The notes under the pieces: model-generated | What the model was told of the DNA's origin: nothing | Databases searched by the model: none | Seen by the model: only the letters and a program-made list of their open reading frames with translations | Part shown: piece after piece, positions 56,373 through 64,000 of the stretch | Layout of the letters: every line of letters begins with the position of its first letter | Position numbering within the stretch: position 1 is the stretch's first letter | Translations under genes and position numbers: made by a program | Origin: a virus | Strand: one strand, 5' to 3' | Length of the DNA: 64,000 nt | IMG/VR virus record: IMGVR_UViG_3300006931_000001 | Location: 1 to 64,000 of that record

Positions 56373-57496
56373 TGGCGACGTCATGGCCTTCTGTAATTCC
56401 GATAGCTTCTACACAGCCTAGCGGTTCTGTAGAGCAAATTAGCGCGATCCAGTCAGCACGAGCTTCAATGCTATTAGCTTATGCAGAAGGTGCATACCTA
56501 ACAGCTATTGGTCAAAATTACGGTGTACCTCGTGCACCACAGTTAACATCGAGTGGTGATGACTTATATCGTCGGATCATCCCGGTACTTGCGTGGAGTC
56601 CGAAGATGATCAAACGGACGACGTACGTACTATTAGAGACATTATTTGGATCTCAACAGTCTCTAATTACTGCTGGTGTGCGTCCGTGGCGTATTTTTGA
56701 AGTTTCTGTTAACGAAATTGTCTTTGAAATACCAGCAAATTTAATGGCTACCAGTAATGAAAATGCCAGCTACCTTCATGGCTGGGTTGGCTACGCATTC
56801 AATGCCACGGGTAGTACTGCAAACTCATTCACAACACCTGGTGACGTACGAACCGCTGCAGCAAATTCACTAATAGGTGCAGCTGTATTTCGTTTATATC
56901 TCAGTGGAGCTTGGACTACCAACACAGCGACTGGTATAACATATGACGCAACTACGGATACAACTACTGTTACATTTGCGAGTCCTGTAATACCAAGTGG
57001 TGGGTGTCCGTTTTTTGTAGATGTCACAGGTAATGGAACTACTACGAGCTATCGTGGTGATTATCTAGCACCCAGTGTATATATCTCAGCATTCACTACA
57101 GCGCCAGGAGTTGGTACGACATCGACAATTTCTGTACTAGGTGATGCTACCAAAGAATTAGTAGCTAATGGTTCTGTTCATTTATCATTTGGAGCCTCTA
57201 CAGCTGATGTAATCTTGAGTGTAGATCCAACGTATGATCCTACTACGAATCTAAGTACGTTGACAATAACCACTACAATTTCATTAGGTTTGAGTGGGTT
57301 ATTATTTAGAGCTCAAGAAGCTGCAGATGGCACTTCACCAGCAACCGCACCTCATAACGATCGTGTCTACCTAGCAGGTAATGGTTTATATGAAGTGTTT
57401 CAATATTACTATGATTTGCTTGTAAGAGCTGCTGGTATTATTGTTCGCTTGGAAGTCGTATCAGATTACACGCATACACATAGGAGTGTTCCATGA
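56369..57496 (+). CDS. Baseplate wedge protein (gpI/gp7-like)
   Basis: AEGAYLTAIGQNYGVPR...DDLYRR; C-terminal LVRAAGI. Confidence 0.65.
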   Translation: MMATSWPSVIPIASTQPSGSVEQISAIQSARASMLLAYAEGAYLTAIGQNYGVPRAPQLTSSGDDLYRRIIPVLAWSPKMIKRTTYVLLETLFGSQQSLITAGVRPWRIFEVSVNEIVFEIPANLMATSNENASYLHGWVGYAFNATGSTANSFTTPGDVRTAAANSLIGAAVFRLYLSGAWTTNTATGITYDATTDTTTVTFASPVIPSGGCPFFVDVTGNGTTTSYRGDYLAPSVYISAFTTAPGVGTTSTISVLGDATKELVANGSVHLSFGASTADVILSVDPTYDPTTNLSTLTITTTISLGLSGLLFRAQEAADGTSPATAPHNDRVYLAGNGLYEVFQYYYDLLVRAAGIIVRLEVVSDYTHTHRSVP

Positions 57497-60400
57497 GTGC
57501 AGGAGATGTCACAAATCCAAAACGCGTTCGTGTGAGTGCTAACCAGCGTGTTGACGCTGTTGATGTAGATGCACTCAGCACTGAATTACTAGAACATAAT
57601 GACGCGCAAGCGAGAGCTGAATTATTTACACCTTTGAACGTTGGAGGCACATCACCTACCGGGATGATTCTGACAGGCTACAGTTTGACGCTAAACCCTA
57701 CTGGTGGAAGTGATGGCAAAGTTAGAATTAATCCAGCTCTCGGTGTCGCCGTGGACGCAGATGGTAGATTGATTGTCAAAGAAAATGGAACACAAATTGA
57801 CGTATCGATTCCTAGCGGCACGAATCAATTATATATTTATTGGAATGAAACAGCCGTAGATGCGGCTACACGTCGTTTTATTTCTGTAACTTCGCCTTTT
57901 AGTGAGTCACCAAAAACCACTAATACACGTTTTCAATCGACATTTGGTACATGGGTTCGGTCTGGTAACGCTACTACGATAGTAGCGACAGATAATGTGA
58001 ACGGCCAAACAAAAGCGCTTGTGTGTATTGGTATTGTTACTAATACTGCAGGAGTTATCTCTGTAACAGGTTACGATACGATACTAGCGCCAAATGGTAC
58101 AACCATTACAAATAGATTGAGTACGATTACTCAGCCTACTACAGTACCAGCTAATAACTCAACGAGCGGCACGTTTCAGACATTACATGATTTGGTAAAA
58201 TCTCTTGGTTATCTGTTAGGTAGAGCTATTTACAATAGCAGTACGTTTTTAACGCCAAGTGCAGCAAATAATTTTGGTGCTTATAGTCAACCTGTAATCG
58301 GCGTAGACAGAGCCGGACGTGAGATTTATGATACGGTGACTATCGGTGATGGAGTATCTGTTTTTGGTTCATACAATAGAAATCAATTTGCAACTGATGA
58401 CCAGATGCTTAATGCTGCGTTGGCTACATTGGCAACGCGAGCTACTTCGGGATTAGCGGTTGGCTATCTGCTAATCAAGCCAGGTGTTACATTATCTACA
58501 TTTACTGGAAACGTAACTGTACCAACTAACTGTCGTGTTGTGATTCAAGGCTCGGGTGATTTATCTGCATCACCTCAAATAATTATCAACAGTGCAGTTG
58601 GTTTTACACTCGCTAGCACAACGACCAGTTTTTTAGCATTCGAGAACATTTCTATTAGTAATATCGGTACAGCAGTTTTACACAGCATAACTACAACATT
58701 TCGTGCGAAACGTTGTATTTTTACGAGAAACGGAAGTGCTGCAGTTTTACCGTTATTTACAACTAATACTGCTGTTACGACAATCTCTGACTGCATATTT
58801 GATAGATGTACATTTATCGAGTCTGGTATTAATGCCTATGATGATACGAAATACATGTTCATAGACACAGGTACCAATAATACACAAGGTGTACCAACAC
58901 GTTTTGTATTATCGAGATGTATATTTACCAACACGACAAATTTCTCTCAACGAGGAATTCGTGTAGGGAACATTAATGAAGGTTTGAATATTGATGATTG
59001 TAAATTCCAATGTACACAAACAGGAGCTGCTGCTCCTGTAAATATAACACCTTTTTGGGTGGAGTTGATTTCACAGTCTGGTACTTTTGCTTCTGGCATG
59101 GATCGTAGAATTCGAGGATGTATATTTAATGCTTGCGGTGATTGGAACTCCAAACCAATAATGTGTGGTATTTCACTTACAGACGTATGTGGATTAACAA
59201 TATCACACTGTGATTTCCAGCGTATTTTACGACCCGTCAATATTCCTTTAGGAACACAGGGTGGTAGTCAAGATGTAAAAATTTTAGGTTGTCGTTTCTT
59301 ACAGCGAGCTAATGGTATTACGATTCAGACAAATACGAGTACATCAGGCGGCGGTGTAGCAACTGGACCTCTAAATCACATCGCAGCAATCAATACTACA
59401 AGCACATTAAAGAATTTCACAGTACAAGATTGTTATTTCGAGGCTTGGGTTTGTTATCATGCAGATAGTTCAGTAAGTACAAGTATCAATGTTACTTATC
59501 GGGGTTGCACATTTATCGATAGTATGTTGTTATTTGGAGATCCATTCTCGCCTGTATCTTCTTTTCAAACAGTAGATGTAAATCACTGTACATTTCAACG
59601 TACATCATCCTCTATTACTGCATTTATTCCGGTTCGTATTCATGGACCGACACTTAAACAAATTTCTGTTTCAAGTTGTTTTTTTAGAGGTTATGCATTT
59701 GCGAGTACGAATGTTACACCTCTGTGTATAGATCTTGGAAGTGGTTCACTTGTTACAACTTTAGACCAGATACACATTGATGGTTGTAGTTTTGCAGATT
59801 GTGATAATGAAACAATGAATTATTTAGGTAGTTCTACGACTACATTACATTCATTGATTTTCTTATACGCTACGACACTTATGGTTGATATTACCGTAAC
59901 GCGTTGTCGTGCATCTACGATTATGTCCTCTGCGGTTAGAGGTACTGCTAGTAATTTACAGCACGTTACATTTGTAGGTAGTTCATCATCTAATGTTGGA
60001 CCTACTACTGTTCAAAATATGCAAATTTCAAATAATGTTATAGGAGACATTAGTTCTCATTGTGGATTAGTAAATACTTTTGGTCTATCTAAATTCGTTT
60101 TTAACTCTTTGTTGATCTCTGATAATCAGCATACAATTAAAATGAACGACGACATAGTTACTGGGGCTGGTTATGATGATCAGTGGTCTGGTACCTATCT
60201 TAATATTCCGTCATCTTCTACAGAAATTTCTGGTGAATTGTCAGTTAGTGGAAATGTTTATTATATTGTTAATACAAATGGAGGCTCTGGATTAGGTAGT
60301 CCGATTTATAAAATGATATATCATCGTGATGACAGTGTAAGTGCAACATCAAGTCAGTGGGGATCAGTGCTTATAGCGAATAATGTATTAACTGTAGATA

Positions 60401-60609
60401 TTAATGCTAGTTCAATCAATGCTGTAAACTTTATTGGTTTAGTTGGTGGACTTACTTTTGTAAATAATATAGCTCGACGCAAAGATCTTCGAACAGGCAC
60501 TGCTAACGTTGCTTTTACTAAATTTTTTAGTGGTGTTAGTAGTGCGGTTCCAGCAAAGCCCGGTGCTGGAGTTACTTGGACTAATAATAATTGCTGGGTA
60601 GATCAATAA
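57493..60609 (+). CDS. Tail fibre/spike with right-handed beta-helix repeats
   Basis: Repeated x-x-C-x-F turns (RCIF, RCTF, DCKF, HCDF, GCRF); fibre-like N-terminus. Confidence 0.75.
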   Translation: MSAGDVTNPKRVRVSANQRVDAVDVDALSTELLEHNDAQARAELFTPLNVGGTSPTGMILTGYSLTLNPTGGSDGKVRINPALGVAVDADGRLIVKENGTQIDVSIPSGTNQLYIYWNETAVDAATRRFISVTSPFSESPKTTNTRFQSTFGTWVRSGNATTIVATDNVNGQTKALVCIGIVTNTAGVISVTGYDTILAPNGTTITNRLSTITQPTTVPANNSTSGTFQTLHDLVKSLGYLLGRAIYNSSTFLTPSAANNFGAYSQPVIGVDRAGREIYDTVTIGDGVSVFGSYNRNQFATDDQMLNAALATLATRATSGLAVGYLLIKPGVTLSTFTGNVTVPTNCRVVIQGSGDLSASPQIIINSAVGFTLASTTTSFLAFENISISNIGTAVLHSITTTFRAKRCIFTRNGSAAVLPLFTTNTAVTTISDCIFDRCTFIESGINAYDDTKYMFIDTGTNNTQGVPTRFVLSRCIFTNTTNFSQRGIRVGNINEGLNIDDCKFQCTQTGAAAPVNITPFWVELISQSGTFASGMDRRIRGCIFNACGDWNSKPIMCGISLTDVCGLTISHCDFQRILRPVNIPLGTQGGSQDVKILGCRFLQRANGITIQTNTSTSGGGVATGPLNHIAAINTTSTLKNFTVQDCYFEAWVCYHADSSVSTSINVTYRGCTFIDSMLLFGDPFSPVSSFQTVDVNHCTFQRTSSSITAFIPVRIHGPTLKQISVSSCFFRGYAFASTNVTPLCIDLGSGSLVTTLDQIHIDGCSFADCDNETMNYLGSSTTTLHSLIFLYATTLMVDITVTRCRASTIMSSAVRGTASNLQHVTFVGSSSSNVGPTTVQNMQISNNVIGDISSHCGLVNTFGLSKFVFNSLLISDNQHTIKMNDDIVTGAGYDDQWSGTYLNIPSSSTEISGELSVSGNVYYIVNTNGGSGLGSPIYKMIYHRDDSVSATSSQWGSVLIANNVLTVDINASSINAVNFIGLVGGLTFVNNIARRKDLRTGTANVAFTKFFSGVSSAVPAKPGAGVTWTNNNCWVDQ

Positions 60610-60621
60610 AAGGAAATAATT

Positions 60622-60963
60622 ATGTATCCACGTGGAACACCTGTAATTATTAATGGTCGAACTGGAGGAACTCCAGGACCAGCTACGACAACTGTAGCCC
60701 GTATCAGAATTCCTAATCCAGCGCGTAATCAAGGAAAATTAGATGCTGTCGCACCTGTAGCTTTTGCTCGACGTTTACAGATAACTAATTTGGATGCTAC
60801 AAATAATTTACTAGTGTATCTTGGTAACCAAGATGCGCCAGTTGATTTTTTGACTGTCAAGCCAAATACGCAGCTAACTTGGGACGTCCAGATGACGGAA
60901 TTTACGGTAGCATCTAGTGCTAGTACGGTTCAATGGGAAGCTTTAGCTATCGTAGCATCATAA
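60622..60963 (+). CDS. Putative virion protein
   Basis: AAGGA RBS; beta-rich. Confidence 0.5.
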   Translation: MYPRGTPVIINGRTGGTPGPATTTVARIRIPNPARNQGKLDAVAPVAFARRLQITNLDATNNLLVYLGNQDAPVDFLTVKPNTQLTWDVQMTEFTVASSASTVQWEALAIVAS

Positions 60964-60993
60964 TATATTATATTAATCATATAGGAGGAAACC

Positions 60994-61491
60994 ATGAACG
61001 GAGCGCAGTTGTCGCCACCAACGACTGTTGACTTAGCGCAACAGATGCCACAAATGTGGCAGTATGGCGTTCTGGGTGTGGTAGTAGTGGTGTTTGCTCT
61101 TGTTATTAAATTCTTATACAAAAGGAACGAAGAGAAAAATGCGTTATTGCTGTCTAAGGTGGAAGCCAAAGAGGCTGAAGTCAGCAAAGAACGTAGTGAA
61201 TTTGGTAAAGAACGTGAAGGTTGGGCTGCAGAACGTGCACGCTGGGATGCACGAGAAGCCTCTATCAGACATGAATTTGAAGAGCGGCATACTGAATTAG
61301 TTAAGACGTATGCTACACAGATTCTTAAATTACAAGATGAATCAAGAATCCGTGAGGATGCTATCCGAAAGGAAGCATTAGATACGTCTAGACAAATCGG
61401 TGAAGCCGCGGCGAGAGCAAATGACTCACTTACGCAACTCCTCCAAAAATTCTACGAGAGAATGGTTTCTCACACACCACGTGGGTACTAG
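60994..61491 (+). CDS. Membrane protein with coiled coil (holin-like)
   Basis: QYGVLGVVVVVFALVIKFLY transmembrane segment + coiled coil; AGGAGG RBS. Confidence 0.5.
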   Translation: MNGAQLSPPTTVDLAQQMPQMWQYGVLGVVVVVFALVIKFLYKRNEEKNALLLSKVEAKEAEVSKERSEFGKEREGWAAERARWDAREASIRHEFEERHTELVKTYATQILKLQDESRIREDAIRKEALDTSRQIGEAAARANDSLTQLLQKFYERMVSHTPRGY

Positions 61492-61500
61492 GAGGATTTA

Positions 61501-61785
61501 GTGGCGCTTCACAAAAAACTAGATCCATTAATGGATTCTGGTATTCGCAGGATTCGTAATCGTGCCTGTGAATCTTATGATCGTCTGGCAGCTGCAGCAA
61601 AACAGGTGTCAGAAGAAATGGATAATCCAGATGTAACTCACGGAATTCCTGTATGGCCTCTCGATGATGAAGACAGCTTGATTATATCTGTAGAACAAGC
61701 TGTTAGTCGCCACAAATCAATCACTGAACCACCGCCAATTGTTCTAGATCCTGAATCTAAAGTGAAAGGTAATAAACATGAATGA
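61501..61785 (+). CDS. hypothetical protein
   Basis: AGGAGG RBS. Confidence 0.6.
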   Translation: MALHKKLDPLMDSGIRRIRNRACESYDRLAAAAKQVSEEMDNPDVTHGIPVWPLDDEDSLIISVEQAVSRHKSITEPPPIVLDPESKVKGNKHE

Positions 61786-62407
61786 CTACAATGACTACGT
61801 TCGGCTCTCTGGTAATCTTATGACTGGCTTGGCATGCAGTACACAGCTGCATGAGAATATTGCAAATGGTAGTGCTAGTGCAATCTTCGTGCACATGCAG
61901 CCAAAAGATTGGAAACGTAACAAAAACACAGGATTATTGGAACCCGACTATCGATGGATTGATGACGCTGTTATGGGACGAACAGTGTCTGGTGATAGTT
62001 GCATGATTTTGGATGTTCAGGAAATTCATAATCTAGTTACCAATACTGGACGTGTGTTTCTTCACACACAAGGTTATGCAACTACAGGTATTGGATCGAA
62101 CGGTCTAAATTATATTGCACTATCTAATGACGCAACTGCGCCAGCCGCTTCTGATACTACGTTAGCAGCTGAGATCGTGGCTAACGGATTATCGCGAGCT
62201 CAAGGTACAGTAACGCTGCCTACAGGGTCTGGTAACCAGACCACCGTTGCAAAAACTTTTACTGCAACTGGTACACAGGCTGCTCAAAAAGCAGCATTAT
62301 TTACAGCATCATCTTCTGGTACTATGAATCACGAATTATTGTTTACTCAACGTTCGTTGATTGCTGGTGATACGCTGGCTGTTACTTTCACGATTACATT
62401 AGGCTAA
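61778..62407 (+). CDS. Virion/tail protein
   Basis: HNLVTNTG...YIALSND...ASDTTLAAEI...GDTLAVTFTIT, typical of phage tail-associated proteins. Confidence 0.65.
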   Translation: MNDYNDYVRLSGNLMTGLACSTQLHENIANGSASAIFVHMQPKDWKRNKNTGLLEPDYRWIDDAVMGRTVSGDSCMILDVQEIHNLVTNTGRVFLHTQGYATTGIGSNGLNYIALSNDATAPAASDTTLAAEIVANGLSRAQGTVTLPTGSGNQTTVAKTFTATGTQAAQKAALFTASSSGTMNHELLFTQRSLIAGDTLAVTFTITLG

Positions 62408-62409
62408 TT

Positions 62410-62841
62410 ATGGCGTTATATTCACTTGCACAACGTACTACAGCCACAGCCGCAGCATCGCCATCCTGGGAGATTCGTTCTACCTCTGGAAACAAGCCAA
62501 AGGTTCTACAGTTAGAGCTCACTCAAAACACGGCCGTAGCTGGCGTGTACGGCATCGGAAGGCCAGCGGCTATCGGAGTGACGCCTACCTCGCCACAAAC
62601 GTTTGTAGACGAAGCTGACGGCAACGGAGCAACGGCACAGACTACGGCAGCTGTTGCCTGGGGAACCGCTCCAACATCACCAACAAATTTTAATCGCAGA
62701 TATTCTGTGGTTAACACTGCCGGTGCTGGATTTATTGCTGTATTTCCAGGAGGATTAGGACTTCCAGTTTCCGGCTCTATTGTAGTTTGGATTATCGCAA
62801 CTGCACCTGTCTGCGATGTCGCAGCGGTTGTATCGGAGTAA
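62410..62841 (+). CDS. Putative virion protein
   Basis: Ala/Thr/Gly-rich. Confidence 0.55.
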   Translation: MALYSLAQRTTATAAASPSWEIRSTSGNKPKVLQLELTQNTAVAGVYGIGRPAAIGVTPTSPQTFVDEADGNGATAQTTAAVAWGTAPTSPTNFNRRYSVVNTAGAGFIAVFPGGLGLPVSGSIVVWIIATAPVCDVAAVVSE

Positions 62842-62845
62842 ATTC

Positions 62846-63094
62846 ATGCCAGATGTGCTCAAAGGTAATCGTGACACGTTGCCAGATCACGGAACAACAT
62901 CTGGTGATTTGGTGATTCATTCTTTGGTAATCAATATTCATGCCAGTGGAGCTCTTTCAATCCACGGTCCTCTTGAAAATAGAGAATGGGTTTTAGCTGT
63001 TCTCGAGAATGCAAAAGATGCTTTGAATAATTACCACGGACGTCGATCGTCTTTAATTGTTCCAAGTAAGGACGTATCGATTCAGGAAATGTGA
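62846..63094 (+). CDS. hypothetical protein
   Basis: GGAG RBS before MPDV. Confidence 0.5.
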   Translation: MPDVLKGNRDTLPDHGTTSGDLVIHSLVINIHASGALSIHGPLENREWVLAVLENAKDALNNYHGRRSSLIVPSKDVSIQEM

Positions 63095-63101
63095 GCGTAC
63101 A

Positions 63102-64000
63102 ATGCCGACCAGTTATGGATTATTCAATCTGCACTATTTCTACTCTCAAATCCAGAGTGTTTTAGATGCAGCTGATCCTAGAGAGTGCTTACTCTGGACT
63201 GATGATTTAGCCGCCGATACTCAGCAAATTCGGTGGCAGGAGGTGAGACTCGCTGGTCGTTCTCGTTTTCTTAACATGAATGGTTTGTCGCCATCATCTG
63301 CAGCTCTTGGCTATTCTTACGTTAGTTATTCGCCACGAGTAGAGCGTGTTGGATCACAAACAGGTGAATATCCACATCTGTTACATAAAACAACAGAGTG
63401 GATGTTCAACACGCTTTTAACGCCTCTGGCTACGAGTACAACATTAGGAGCAGCCACAACTTATACCAGTGAGAGTCAGACAATATACGTTCCTGAGACA
63501 AAAGAGCGTGTTTTTGAGAGTGTACGGTTTACTGTATTTGTGCGCTCAGAATTTACAGCATCTAATTCACTGACTGGTGTTAGGCTAAGTTTCAGTTTAG
63601 GCGGTGCAACTTCATTTTCTTATGATCAATTAGTGACGTTAGCTGGGACTGCTAGCAGAAATATTTCAACTGAGATTGATTTCGATCTAACTGATTATTT
63701 CAATGCACGATTTGGTAGTGGTGCCAGTCAAACCGCTCAAGCTGTCGTTAGCGCATCTACAGGTACAGCTTCAAGCATTAATGGTTTATGTTTTAAGCTT
63801 ACAATAACCTACGGTTTTGATCCGCTAGCAGCTACTACGCGAATCAAAACGATTCGTATTCCTATTCATTCACAGAGCACAAGTTTAACTAATGCGCAGC
63901 AAGAAATTGGCACGGATGGTGTAGCACCTGCACCCTCTGGTCAAATTCCAGCTCTAGATACATTTTTAGTTGAGCAGAGTAAGACATACAGGAAAATATT
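63102..64000 (+). CDS. Putative virion protein, partial (runs off window)
   Basis: Reads open from ATG 63102 (MPTSYGLFNL...) to the window end; Thr/Ser-rich. Confidence 0.6.
   Translation, partial: MPTSYGLFNLHYFYSQIQSVLDAADPRECLLWTDDLAADTQQIRWQEVRLAGRSRFLNMNGLSPSSAALGYSYVSYSPRVERVGSQTGEYPHLLHKTTEWMFNTLLTPLATSTTLGAATTYTSESQTIYVPETKERVFESVRFTVFVRSEFTASNSLTGVRLSFSLGGATSFSYDQLVTLAGTASRNISTEIDFDLTDYFNARFGSGASQTAQAVVSASTGTASSINGLCFKLTITYGFDPLAATTRIKTIRIPIHSQSTSLTNAQQEIGTDGVAPAPSGQIPALDTFLVEQSKTYRKI

Noticed and set aside
42817-57496. Tailocin, eCIS or T6SS locus
   Set aside because: Portal, protease, scaffold and MCP are present, so this is a phage virion module
8271-64000. Many short antisense and nested ORFs in the track
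   Set aside because: They overlap long motif-bearing plus-strand genes and show no recognisable motifs
1-64000. Alternative genetic code, tRNA/rRNA genes, introns or inteins
   Set aside because: Genes tile densely under the standard bacterial code; no tRNA or rRNA recognised by eye; portal, MCP, ThyX and SNF2 motifs appear uninterrupted (tRNAscan/Infernal not run)

Overview
A 64-kb piece of a large tailed phage with a contractile tail. The morphogenesis genes resemble those of SPO1/Twort-like phages. No terminase, integrase, polymerase, tRNA or CRISPR was recognised, and the host cannot be determined. Layout: (i) 1-7.9 kb, minus strand, a dense run of small accessory genes, including a tandem array of at least 8 genes that share an N-terminal leader M-[EKQ]-I-x-K-A-[RKY]-[RK]-[VLT] fused to variable Cys/His modules; (ii) 8.1-18.8 kb, plus strand, ThyX, a tailspike-like protein, a holin/lipoprotein/GH25 endolysin cassette, dTMP kinase, dCTP deaminase and a PAPS-reductase-like + ParB-like pair; (iii) 19-39 kb, head module, with about 13 kb of putative head-packaged effectors between portal and prohead protease (1340-aa protein with a sigma70-like core, 1655-aa SNF2 + ADP-ribosyltransferase fusion, MuF, PI3/4-kinase/HipA-like kinase); (iv) 39-64 kb, neck, sheath, tube, tail chaperone with a candidate +1 frameshift, tape measure with lytic transglycosylase, baseplate and fibres. 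Leading hypothesis (inference): the hydrophobic-x-K|A/S motif that recurs throughout the head proteins is the prohead-protease site, and the shared MxIxKA leader is a capsid-targeting signal for an expandable set of injected small Zn-binding proteins, analogous to T4 internal proteins. All family calls come from motifs read by eye, not database searches.
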